Assembly (NCBI GenBank): GCA_050575255.1
Contig: JBNZDD010013681.1
Location: forward strand, 4,001,147-4,065,146
Reading direction: 5' to 3'
Length of the DNA stretch: 64,000 nucleotides
DNA from: Harriotta raleighana
Lineage: Eukaryota
Shown: positions 25,690-37,651 of the stretch, in pieces
Layout of the letters: each line of letters begins with the position of its first letter
Position numbering within the stretch: the first letter of the stretch is position 1
The notes under the pieces: model-generated
Told to the model about the DNA's origin: nothing
The model's database searches: none
The model's input: the letters and a program-made list of their open reading frames with translations, nothing else
Position numbers and translations under genes: made by a program

Positions 25690-26100
25690 CTGACTTGGTT
25701 GGTAGCACTCTCACCTTTGAGTCAGGATAGGTTTAAGGCCCACATCAGTTCTTTGAGCTTATGGTCTACGTTGAAATTCCAGGGAAGTATTGGGGAACAC
25801 GGCATGTTATGAGGTGCTGTCCTTCAGATGAGAAGCTAAACTGAGGCCTATTAAGGTGGACTTTAAAAACCCTGCGTCACTATTTATAAAGAGAAGAGAC
25901 TTTGTCTCATAACAATCACTCAAATAAAATTGGTAATTCACTTCATGGGTGTTTGCAGGACACTGCTGTGCTTGGCTGGTGTATTTGCCTAGAAAATATT
26001 CAGTTACTGCACTTTACAAAAACACTTAACCATGTGACATGCTTTGCAATGCATCAATGATGTGATTAAGTGCTATATCAAATGCAAGAATTATTATTGT
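25690..26100 (+). mobile_element. Older Deu-domain SINE
   Basis: ggtagcactctcacctttgagtcag head; gaggtgctgtccttcagatgagaagctaaactgaggcc central domain; tail. Confidence 0.7.
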
Positions 26101-26274
26101 AAGTCCTCTATATATTTGGTTCTTATGTAATGATAGTACAAGTACCATCTTCATTTACACATTCTAAGGACGGCTGTTTACAAAGCAACCGTGACCATCT
26201 CACAACCAACCTAACTCTTTTCGTGACAAACACAGTGATTTATTCAGAGATGTTTTTCCTGGAAATTGTCTTTA

Positions 26275-27077
26275 TCATAGAATCATAGAATTTTACAGCA
26301 CAAAATGAGGCCATTTGGCCCATCGAGTCTGTGCCAGCTCTTTGAAAAGACCTACTCAAAGTCAATCGGACTCCCCGGCTCTCTCCCCATAAACCCACAA
26401 ACGTCTCCTCCCCAAATAACCATCCACCTCTCTTTTAAAAGTTGTTATCGAATAAGCCTCCACCATCCTTTCAGGCAATTCATTCCAGATTTGAATCACT
26501 TGCTGCGTGAAAAAATTTCTCCTCTCTGTTACTTTTAAAAACTATTTAATATCTGTGACTTCGAGTCACTGACACACCCACCAGTGGAAACAGTTTTTCC
26601 TTATTTACCCTATCGAATCCCCTCATGATTTTGAAAACCTCTATTTTCAAAGAAACCTCTAGGTCTCCTCGTAACCTTCTCTGCTCCAATGAGAATAATC
26701 CTACCCTCGCCAACCTTTCCTCATATCCAAAGTCCCGTAAATCTCCTCTGCACCCTTTCCAATGTCTTAATATCTTTCCTGAAGTGTGGTGCCCAGAACT
26801 GAACACCGTAAAATACTCTAGCTGAGTCCTAACCAGCGTTTTATACAGGTTAATCATAACTTCTTGACTTTTGTACTTTATACCTTAAAGCCTACTACCC
26901 GTATGGTTTTTTAACAGCCTTATTTACTTGTCCTGCCAGCTTCAAAGATTTACTTACATGAACCTTCAGGTCTCTCTGTTCCTTCACCCTCTTTAAGATT
27001 GTACTATCTAACCTATATTGCCTCTCCTCATTCTTCCTCCCAAAATGCATCACCTCACATTTCTCCACATGAAACAC
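26275..27077 (-). mobile_element. CR1 LINE 3' fragment
   Basis: Minus ORFs EKCEVMHFGRKN, LYKTLVRTQLEY, GLFSLEQRRLRGDL; terminal (atcataga)2 repeat at about 26275-26290. Confidence 0.9.
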
Positions 27078-27354
27078 ATTATGTTCTCAGCAGTGTAGCC
27101 TGGATGCACTGAAACACTAAAGGATACTGACTGACTGTGTTAATTAAATGAATAATCTTTTGCAGGATGCTTGACTCACCATCCAATTGCACACAGCTTT
27201 TTTCCCTTGTAAACTCATATCTCCAGTCTTCAGCTGCCATTCTTTGCTTGTGCAATCAGATGAGATTCCCAAAAGTTTGCCAGATAGTACTTTCAATGTC
27301 AAGCCATGTGGTTTTATCTGGTTAGACTCCAGCAGTACCCTAGAATGCAGTCTC

Positions 27355-27665
27355 AGAGTTCTACAGCGCTCAATGGTTTGAGCTTTGCAAGTGAGAGACC
27401 TGAGTTTGATTCCCAGCAGGGCGAAACCTTGGGCAAGTTTCCTTGCTCCACATGCCTGAAAATAAACCCTCACGAAAAAAAACAGTAATAATTTTGTCAC
27501 CCAATCCACGATTGTTTGTAGGACACTACTGTACGTAATTGCCTGCCATGTTTTGCCTAGAAAATATATAGTCAATTCATTTTACAGTATATTCGGTGAA
27601 GCGTTTCAAGGGGTCCAGAATACGTGAAAAGCACTATATCAAATGTAAGGATTATTATTATTATT
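27355..27665 (+). mobile_element. tRNA-headed SINE
   Basis: Head, core and (tta)n tail. Confidence 0.88.
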
Positions 27666-27679
27666 AATACTGTCCTCAA

Positions 27680-27870
27680 GCCCTGGCTCTTACCTCATAC
27701 TCTCCAGAAATAGGTGGGTAGGATGCGTCCCACCAGGGAGAGAGAGTGCATTCCTTTGAATACACGGGGATTTTCATTTGTAGTTGGAATGCACAGAACT
27801 CCCAGTTTGATTTGGATACTCTTAAGCAAGGTGATTGCTTTGTACATGTGTCAGTCACCCAACAGACTCC
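27680..27870 (-). repeat. Copy of an unnamed old interspersed repeat (others at about 17470, 41120, 49020, 56790)
   Basis: Shared motifs gcttaagagtatccaaa and ggaatgcactctctccctgg. Confidence 0.7.
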
Positions 27871-28224
27871 CTCCAAAAAAATCTTGCAGTCATTGGAGCA
27901 GAAACTGATTTTACTCTTCACTGCTCAAACAGCTTTGAGACCAATTGTATCTATCCAACTGGTATAGTGCTTAAATCAGATAGTTGCGCATAGATTGGGA
28001 TTTGAACATGGAACCTCTTTGGTTAATGCATAGTTGCACGAAGCAATGCCTTTAAAGATTGTGCCATCAGTGGAAACTAGCCCATTGCTGTGTGATCAAG
28101 GCTTTGTGGTAGATGGGGTGGGGAAGATATCAGAAGTACCCACTGGAACCCATTAGAATTATGTTTTTTGTCGGCCCCAATAAACAATTGCGATGAATGT
28201 TAGGAGTGAGGCAATGACTTTCTA

Positions 28225-28450
28225 ATCCATCATCAAACCGTTTCTTAATCCTGTCTTTCATTTCCCTTTCTGGTAGCACATTCCAGCTGGCAACCACCCT
28301 CTGCGTAAAGAAATACTCCTGGTGTCCGTCCTAAAACTGCCCATCACAACTCTGAAACCTGTGCCCTCTTACCCCGCTGCTCTGGCATACCTAAAAATAT
28401 TGCCCTTCTCTATCCTACTCACTATCACATGTACATCTGTATAGTCTACT
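28225..28450 (-). mobile_element. Old CR1 fragment
   Basis: ggtagcacattccagctggcaaccaccctctgcgtaaagaaatac is the antisense of the CR1 'FFTQRVV..WN.LP' region. Confidence 0.55.
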
Positions 28451-30087
28451 CTGAATATGAATCATTAACCATCACAGAGTGGTATTCCAGTGGTTGAATC
28501 TTATGTCCTTACTTAAAAATGACTGAAGGAGTGTGGGTGGGCAGCTGTTTAACGCGAGCAACAACTATGGGAGGTAGAGAAGATCATGAGGTTAAATGGG
28601 AGAGAAAAATCTTCTGAGTTTCAACAAATGCTGCCCAGTGAGATACTCTCTGCTTCCTTTCCCAATAAAACAAGCTGTCTGTTTTTGGCACTGTTCCTCT
28701 GTCTCTGAGCCAGAGAGGACAGTGGATCATTTCATTGTTACGGCTGCATGGAGTGTTTGTGGGCGGCAGAGAGTTATTTCCTGATAGCGATTTGCAAGAA
28801 GCAAGCTACAGAGTAAAGGTTTACTTCATTAGCTCTGTGCTGACCACTCTTTATTTTGTGCACAAAGGAACAAGTGTAGTGTAGTATGTGTATGTGGTAG
28901 GCATCTGAGCACCAAGAGAATTCCATTGCATCTGAACATTGTATTACCAGACATCGCTAATTTCAATTTCTTCTGAAGGCGGATGATTCATGCTGAGGGA
29001 CATTGCTATAGTGTCCCCCCCACTTTTCCTTTTCCTCCCCTCCCAGTTACTCACTGAAGTAACCTTTCTCCACATGGCAGCATTGAATGACATCAGTACA
29101 TCAGTATTTTCAGCCATAGAACAATAACAACAAAATACAACAACAACAAAATTACATTTATAGAGGGCTTTCACATCGGGAGGACGTCCCAAGAGCATAG
29201 ATGAATTCAGGATCCCTTGTTCATCCCAGAGTCTGCACATCATCACCATCCTTGCATTTGATATTGCGCTTTTCATGTCTCAAAATGATTTAGAGAATTA
29301 CTGTAAAGTGAACTGACTGTATATTTGTGGGCGAAACATGTGCACTTTTGAGCGCTGACCACTGTACAGGCATTAGAAAGAGAAACATTGGCTGCTTTTG
29401 GCTCACTCCCAAGGCCAGGAACACTCGGGCCACTTAAGATCTCCCAGAGCCATTCATTCCTGGCTGAGATCAGCCAACACATACTGGTGTTTGGAAAATG
29501 TTTGTGTTTGGAGTTGGACTTCGTCCCTGTGTTAGAGTATTTCTAAGATATTACACCGATGAGGGAGAAGGGAATAGAAGAGCATGGGAGGGAGAAAAGA
29601 GTGGGTGGAAAATGGCCTGTTTCCATGCTGTACATTCATTGTGGACATGGTGGTAATGCAGTCAAAGTGATGGACTCATTGTTGGCATTTAACTATGACA
29701 CCAGCTGGTGGAGCTGCCATGTTGGTGTGCCAGGGTATATGTGGCTGTATAACTTTCATGTTGTTGTCATTTAGACCTTTAGAGCATCACAGCTGAACTC
29801 AAGATCCTGAACTCACCCAGAATCCACATGTGTGACCAGTAATGGTCTTATTTCCTAGGTCCTGCCTGGTGAGCTGACCTATGGTATTCAAGGGACAAAT
29901 GCACAAATGCTTGTGCATTTGGATCCTTGCTTCTGCTGATGCTGCGTCAGGGAAATGTTCATGTGTAGGTGCTGTACATATATGGACCACTCAATTTGGT
30001 TTGGATATTCTTAAGTATGGTGGCACAGTGCCGTTTGTGTGCGATACATTATTAACCAAAGAAAAAGATGGAATATAATATAAATGG

Positions 30088-30363
30088 TTATAATAATCTT
30101 TGTATTTGATATACAGTAGCGCTTTTCAAGTCTTCAAGATGTCTCAAAGCGCTGCACAGAATATACTGTAAAGTGAATTGACTTTTGTGGGGGCAAACAC
30201 AATCGTGGATAGAAGTGACCAATTTTATTATTGGGTTTTTTCTTGAGGGATTATTATCAGGCGTGTGGAGTAAGGAAACTTGCCAAGGTTTCACCCTGAG
30301 GGAATCAAACCCAGGTCCCTTGCTTATGAGGCGAGTGCTCTAACCACTGAGCTACAGGACTCC
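30088..30363 (-). mobile_element. tRNA-headed SINE
   Basis: Antisense head accactgagctacaggactcc; internal deletion in the core. Confidence 0.88.
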
Positions 30364-30847
30364 ACAAACTGTAGGAATGTGAAGTGGTGAAGTCTGGTTT
30401 TACTTTCTGGACTGCAGATGCTGTTTTGCAATTAACTCACCAAAATCAACTCTAACCTTACTGTGAACCCCCAAATAATCAGTCAACAAGTGACCGCATT
30501 TCTCCACCATGATTTTGTCTGTATCCCAGAGGTGGAATTATCGGTGTGGCCCAAAGATGTGAATACATTCTGCAGCATCAGAAAGAGATTTTCCCTTCCT
30601 CTCTACCAGACAAATAAGTGTTTCGTGAAATTTCACACGTGCTATTGCCAGCAGGAGTTAGTATTTCTGCTTTTAGGGGTGTTATTCCAATAGTGACAGT
30701 GTTGCATTATTGTACTGAAGTCTCTGATCTTCCCTCCGTACATATGCTGTAATTGAATTGTGGGTGAAACCGCAGTATTGGTGTGTGTTTCAGGATCAAC
30801 AAGTAGTCCCATCAACAAGCAGTGCTAGAGAGTGAAGTAGACTTTTG

Positions 30848-31105
30848 TACTGAGCTCAGTTGGTAGTGTTCTCGTCTCTGGGTTGAATAGTTCACGCCCC
30901 ACACTAGGACTTTGAGATGCACACTCTAGGCTGACATCCAGGGGTTACTCTCTGAATAAGATGTTAAACCAAAATCCCGTTTGTCTGTTCAAACAAATGT
31001 TAAAGATCCCATAACATTATTGGAAAAGAGAAGGCTGTTTCTTCCAGTATCCGGCTTGGAATTTTCCAGACAAATTAGTCATTGACATCATGGCTGTTTG
31101 TCGGT
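30848..31105 (+). mobile_element. Older Deu-domain SINE fragment
   Basis: agctcagttggtagtgttctcgtctctg head; gatgttaaacc...aaatgttaaagatcccat domain. Confidence 0.65.
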
Positions 31106-31114
31106 ACTTCCAAA

Positions 31115-31365
31115 CTAATAATAATAATAAATCTTGCGTTTTAATTTTGCCTTATCATGTCTTCTGGACGTCTCAAAGCGCTTCACAGATTATACAGTAA
31201 AGTGAATTGACTGAATATTTTGTAGGTGAAATGTGGCAGCCAATTGTGCACAGCAGTGTCCCACAAACAGTTGTGGATTGAGTGAACAATTTTTTTTTTA
31301 ATGGATTATTGCCCCCGGAAAAGTAATCTGCCAATCGATTTAACAACCGGGTTCTTACTTATTGC
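31115..31365 (-). mobile_element. SINE long variant, 5'-truncated
   Basis: Tail, core and module ccccggaaaagtaatctgccaatcgatttaacaaccgggttcttactt. Confidence 0.8.
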
Positions 31366-31974
31366 ACAATGGCTGTCATCCCGACATGAACGGGACACTC
31401 CAAATATAATTTTATTGTTGTTACATTTACTTATTTACAAATATGTTATCACATTTAACATCAATGCCCTGCAAAGTGCTTTGATGCATTTTTACTTTAT
31501 AGTTACCATATCAAAGGAACAATTATTATTATTGTGAAAATCCATCTTCACACTCCACCTGGAACCATAGCCAGAAGCAAAAATTGTACACTTTAGAAAA
31601 TCCAGGTCACCAACTTGCTCAATTCAATTTCTATAATTTTATTTAATTAAACAGTAGAGAATGTTATTCCCTACTGCACATTCCTAACTGCTTACACTCC
31701 TGTTTGCAGACTATTGCCAGTTCCTTTTCCCAGACCTGAACAAGTCTTCTTTTGTAATTTGTTCCCACAAACAGAAAGACGAGGTTAAATATTTCTCTCC
31801 ATTAAATTGGCTCATTGTAGAGAAGAAAGTTACTCCATCAGACTTAAAGAGAAGCCTGAGGCTTTGAAGAAAGAACATTGCTTTATTGTGTTGAAACATC
31901 TCAAAGTTGTCAAGCATTCGTGACTGCAGACAAGTAGGGCACCTGCTTTGCACACAGCAAGCTATATAATATTA

Positions 31975-32275
31975 TATAATAATAATCCTTACATTTGATA
32001 GAGTGCCTGATCACATCGTTGAGACATCTCAAAGTGTTTCATGGAATATACTGTAAAGTGGATTGTCTGTATTTTTTGAGCGAAATGGAGCAGCCAATTG
32101 TGCGCATTAGTGTCCCATAAACAGTTGTGGATTGAGTGACCACATTATTTTTGGAGGGAAGATTATTATACCCGGAAAGCAATCTGCCAATCGACTAACA
32201 ACCTACATAGATAGGTAAACAGATGCATATGGAGTAAGGAAACCTGTCTACGGTTTCACCCCGCCACTGAGCTAT
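31975..32275 (-). mobile_element. SINE long variant
   Basis: Tail, core, module cccggaaagcaatctgccaatcgactaacaac and partial head. Confidence 0.8.
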
Positions 32276-33049
32276 GAGGTGAATAAGATAGAAAACTGTA
32301 CTCCAGAACACCCAGAGATATTTTGGTTAGTGTCACAAGATCTTTAACTTCTAACTGAACACCCACACAGGAGTTCAGTTTAACATCTCATCTGAAGGAT
32401 GACTGTGTGCTGAAGTCCAAGGGTTGCTGAACCCACAACTTTCTGACCCAGAGACAACTTCTGTATTCCTGCATAGTTTGCCTGTTTGTCCGCCTATTAA
32501 AGTTTTGGGATTGATTGATTAGGATTCTTAAAGTGATTCCTCACAAGCTGACCTGATCACCTCTGTACATCAGTCCAGTAATGGCTGTTGCACTTTAGAG
32601 AGCCTTAAAATGACGTGGAGTTCTGCTTTATGATGTTGAGGGATAGCTTATCTGAGGAGTAAGGTGGACTGTGAACCAGATCATCTGTGAGACAGTGACT
32701 GGGGATTGATTCAGAAGGCTTTTGCTTTGTGTAGATTTGTGTAGCTTTGGAAAGTCATGTTTCGACTCAATCCTCTTTATTTGTCTTGTCAATATTGATA
32801 TTGTGCCTTGTGCTTATTAACTGGATTACTGATTTTTGTGGTCAATTTGACATCAATACTGTAATTTCATTCCATTTTTAATGTTTGTTCCTCTCTCGAC
32901 TTAACCCTTGCAGTGCCTGGTGGTCTGACCCATTCAGGGAAAAGCTCATGGTTCCATTAAACAAAGTCCTATCTATAATGTTTTTCAGTGAAACCTTTGA
33001 TTATTTAATCTTCTGATTATCATCCATAGCCTTAAAATGTAAATCTGGG

Positions 33050-33205
33050 ATTTTGACCCCAGTCTCCGCTTCATACATCCCTGACTCCAACCCCCTCTCC
33101 CCCTGACCCCAGTCTCCTTTCCCCTAACCGTAGTCCCCTTTTCTCCCTGATCCCAGTTTCCTCTTCTCTCCCCCTGACCCCAGTCTCACTCGTCTCTCAC
33201 CCTGA
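33050..33205 (+). repeat. Degenerate pyrimidine-rich minisatellite
   Basis: About six copies of ccctgaccccagtctc. Confidence 0.75.
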
Positions 33206-33900
33206 GTTATTTGAGGTGTTGTCCCTCGTAGAGTACATTAAACCAAGCCCCACCCACCTGTTCCAACAGCACTATACAAAAAGTGAAGGGAATTTTTCCC
33301 AGTATCATGACCAACCACAACAAATTCCATTTGTATAGTGTCTTTCACGTCTGGGGGATGTCTCAAGGCGTTTTACGCAGGACATTGCAGTGTCCAAATT
33401 GACTGCTGCTTTGGCTATAAATACAGTCGTTATAGTAAAATCTGATGAAGCACATGTTGGCAATGTATTAAGGCACTATATCAAATGCAAGGATTATTTG
33501 AAAAGCAAGAGAAAAGGCAGACAGTGACTCAGTGAAGCTGCCAGCCCTCTGTGGTTGATGTGTTCGATTGCAGATTACAACATGCAGGTCTGGAGAAATA
33601 GCCACCACCTCTTTTCACATTACTTCTACCCAGCTATTTACAACGGAGGGGCAGCACTGAGAAGAACGGAGGCAAATCTGTTTATTGGTTACCGTTTTGA
33701 AAGTTCTAGCGTGGGAGAGACCTGCTGTTGTTTCCTAGCAACAAAACACACGGAGCACACAGAGAGTTAAGTCCTCAAGGTTTCCAGCCAAAAAACTCTG
33801 TTTGACAAGTTCTTGTTGAATCTTTCCCTATTGATGAAAGTTTGAATGAAAGTTGAATCACTTTTCCCTAGGGGTGCTGTTTGTACTAATGTGCTGTTTA

Positions 33901-34374
33901 CTCTCTCTCTCTCTCTCTCTTTCCTCCTCTCCTCCCCTTGTAGGTGTGTTTTTTCTGATAAGAACTTGATTGTGGGCAGACCTTGGAATGTCCTCCAGTG
34001 AAAAGTAGCGTCATGTGCCACTCTGAGCAGTGATAAAAGAGACAAACTCCACTCTCCCGGAACTTGGCTCAGAGGAAGAATCAACCAACAGAACAGAAGC
34101 TGCAAGACTTGCGAGTTGGTGGATGATTCTATCTGAAGTGATTTAGGTTTGATTTCACCCTGTGATAAAGTGAGGATTTAACTTGCGTCTCAATCTCTTT
34201 CCTCTTAAGTGATTGCAGCGAGTGAAATACCACATCTGCCTGCGGTTTATATATTACATACAGTGCATAAAGCATTTATCTCTTTGAACTTGTCTGAACG
34301 TTTCGCTAGGCGTTTGTCCCACTGTGGGTTGGAATAGGAGTTGGAACGGCTCCACCATCACATTGGATTAAATC
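33901..34374 (+). other. Candidate splice acceptor and 5'UTR part of the LHFPL2 ATG-containing exon
   Basis: About 40-nt (CT)n/pyrimidine tract ending TGTAG|G at 33943/33944. Weaker alternative AGs lie near 34218 and 34309. Confidence 0.55.
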
Positions 34375-34804
34375 ATGTGTCATGTGATTGTTACCTGCCG
34401 CTCGATGTTATGGACCCTGCTCAGCATTGTGGTGGCCTTCGCCGAACTCATTGCTTTCATGAGCGCTGACTGGCTGATCGGCAGGTCGAAGATCGCTGGC
34501 TCTCCCGCCCTGACAAACCGCTCGGGCAGTGTGGGCAACCCTTACCGCCCCACCCTGGGCCTCTACAGCCGGTGCATCAAACTCTCCTACTCCACAAACA
34601 TCAAGCGGGAGACACTGTGCGGTCCGTATGCTGAGAACTTTGGGGAGATTGCGAGCGGCTTCTGGAAAGCGACGGTCATTTTTCTGGCCACGGGGATTCT
34701 GGTTCTGTGCGCCGTGGCTTTCGTCTCTGTCTTCACCATGTGTGTGCAGAGCATCCTGAAGAAGAGCATTTTTAACATCTGCGGATTGCTGCAGGGAATC
34801 GCAG
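34375..34804 (+). CDS. LHFPL2: LHFPL tetraspan subfamily member 2, first coding exon
   Basis: Translation [36 protein letters not shown]...[18 protein letters not shown]...[16 protein letters not shown] matches the vertebrate LHFPL2 N-terminal part. In-frame TAA at 34369 just upstream of the ATG; donor GCAG|GTAGGC at 34804/34805 (phase 1). The ORF-track extension to 34911 is intron read-through. Confidence 0.97.
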
Positions 34805-34937
34805 GTAGGCCCGACTCGCTCACTGATAATCTACGACCGATTGCAGGGTTTTGTTGCTCGCAGGTGCATTTGCGTTTGTTTGAAATGGCAGAAATAACAC
34901 TCTTTACTTAAAATCGAGTAAAGAGTGTTATTTCTTT

Positions 34938-35275
34938 GTGGAGTCCTGCGGTTTAAGCACTTACCTCGCGAGCGAGAGGAACCTGGTTCAATTCCCAGTC
35001 AGGGAGAAATCTTAGTACAAAGTTTCTTTAATCCACACGCCTCTGTTTTCCTAGCAGTAAATAGGAACCTAGTTCTTCGTCAATTGGGGGTAATAACCTC
35101 TTAAAAATAATAAAAATTTGGACACTCAATCCACGACTGTTTATGGGTTACTGTTGTATGCAATTGGCTGCTGTGTTTCATCCACAAAATATATAGTTAA
35201 TTCACTTTACGGTGCATTCTGTGAAACACTTTGAGATGTCTCAACAATATACTCCCATCAAATACAAATTATTTT
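34938..35275 (+). mobile_element. SINE long variant
   Basis: gtggagtcctg head, B-box ggttcaattcc, module ctctgttttcctagcagtaaataggaacc, core and tail. Confidence 0.8.
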
Positions 35276-36129
35276 TACCAAAAAGTAGACCTCAGAATAG
35301 TTTCACACAGACTGATTGATTCAACAGTAGAGTATACTCCCTATATACTTCTATTGAGAATTTGCCTCTTATCTAATGTAAATGAACAGTGGACTTTACT
35401 GTATTTTTAATCAGTCAGAAATTCCTATTAGCCTTTGCCCTACACTGTATTGACATATCAATAATACAATACACATTGTTCATGTTCCTTTAAAGATAAA
35501 CTGCATGAAAGCATAGAATAGTCAATAATGCATTCCTCCCATGCCTTCTGTATGGCTGCAATGTTAGAGGGAGAGAGAGAGAGAGGCTCCGTGTACGGTA
35601 GCTTTTTGAAACCAAGGAAACAACTTAAATCTAAAACATTCTTCTGACATTTTTGAACACTCACTGAATCCCTACACTTGTGCTGTTTTCATTTCTCTTT
35701 CTCTCCCTCACAATTAAAGAGAAGTTTGGGGGAGATTTACTTGCTGTTCAAAGAACTAAAATACCAGATACTTAAGAAAGAAAGACAGTTATACAATTGT
35801 ACTTCCACTGAATGACATATCTTACAGAGCAGAGCTTACATACTGATAATGGACGTTCCTGATATATAATGGCTCGGGATAAGCTGCCAGTCAGTCTTAA
35901 ACTTCATTAAACTGATTGATTTCACTCCAGTGTATAAGCAACTCAGCAAACTTGTTCTGATTATGTAGAAAGGCCAGGATTCTCTGCTATCAATAAAGCA
36001 CAATTTTATATCGCTGTCATTTTCCTCAATATCTAGGGGAAGTATATTGAATACTAAAGTGCTTCCTCTATTTAAAAAAAATTATTTCCCTTTTAAACAG
36101 TTGATAGGGTGATTGATTTCAAGAATTTT

Positions 36130-36490
36130 TTTTATATAGCATCTGCAATGTGGAAATGTCTAAAAGTGCTTCACAGAGCTCGAATGTAGTGACTGAATTT
36201 TGTAGACAAACACAACAGACATTTTGCACACGTAAAAGCCCCATAAACGGCCGAGAGATAAGCGATCAACTTATCTGGAGGGTTAATGGCCAGGAAAAGA
36301 AACACCAGTAGAAATTCCCGTTCTCTTTTCAAATTGTGCTATAGGATCTTTAACATCCACCTGAACACATAAATGAGACCTTGGTTTAAAATCTCACCCG
36401 AAGAACAGTCCCTCTGACAAAGCAGCGCTACACTGACGTGTCCGTCAAGACTTAAATCTTGATATAGGGATTGAACCCACAACCTTTTCT
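36130..36490 (-). mobile_element. Older Deu-domain SINE
   Basis: Antisense ggatctttaacatccacctgaac...gggattgaacccacaacc. Confidence 0.7.
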
Positions 36491-36939
36491 CAATTCTTGT
36501 AACAGAATCATTGCATTAACCTCTGGGATGCCCTAAGGATGGATTGCAAGAATATATACAGTTGCAGACTTGCCTTTCTCATTACTTTGTTTAGACATGT
36601 GTCTGTCTTCAAGCTTTTTCGTTTTCTTTGCACAAATTATTTTTGAATAGCTCTTACAGCAGATTAAATGACGACCAAAATGCCTTTTTGAAACAGTTTG
36701 GGATTGAATCGCTCAGTAGATTAAAATCACCAGCTGGTGTAGTACAGAATCCTTTCGACCAGAACCGAGTATAATCTCAGGTCTCCATTGATTTAGGTTA
36801 GCTCACATTGGGGTGAGATGAGTTAAATCCATGTACCTGGATTAGAGAGAGGCAGTCGGTAGGATTCCTTCTCCGGATTCCCATACACTGAGCCCTTCTT
36901 GGAATGTGTACATGTGTGAATATTAAGAGTTTGGTTATC

Positions 36940-37258
36940 ATAATAATAATAATAATCCTTGCATTTTATAAAGCGTTTTCATGACTTCTCAACGTCTTAA
37001 AGTGCTTCACAGAATATACTGTAAAGTCAATTGACTGTATATTTGGGGTGAAATGTGCCAGCCAATTGCGCATAGCTGTGTCCCACAGACAGTCGTGGAT
37101 TGAAAATGACAAATGTTATTGTTTGTTTATTTTGGAGGGATTATTATTAGGCGTGTGGAGTAAGGAAACCTGCCCAAGGTTTCACCCTGATCTGCCTGGA
37201 TTCGAACACAGGTCTCACCCTTGTAAGGCGAGTCCTCTAACTACTGAGCTGCAGGATC
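36940..37258 (-). mobile_element. tRNA-headed SINE
   Basis: Full antisense consensus. Confidence 0.9.
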
Positions 37259-37651
37259 TCACTCTTCCTCCAACAAATAACTTGTCAACACTCAAAGTTT
37301 GGTGGGAAGGGCAATTCTTGGATTTGCCTCCGCCTGTGCTGAACAGACACGTTTAACCACAGCCTCTATTAGGCAGAGCGCTGAGTCCACGACTATTAAT
37401 TGGAAGTCACACTAGAATGGGAGTGTGGTGTCACTCAGAGCAGGAGAATATGGTCAGCCCCCTAGATGTGGAAGAAACTTAATTCTTGTAGACGTATGTG
37501 TGGGTATACGTGTGGAGGAAGAGGTAGAGACATAGAGCACATACTGTGCTTCACATCCGCAGCCTGATATCCGCAGTCTCTTGCCCAAGAGACCTTGTCA
37601 CTCAGCCTCGCTGATCTCTTCTTTGTTACATAACGAGTGAGCCTCAGGTGA

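Noticed and set aside
34805-34911. C-terminal part of the 178-aa ORF (RPDSLTDNL...)
   Set aside because: Read-through past the canonical donor; LHFPL2 similarity resumes at 55642.
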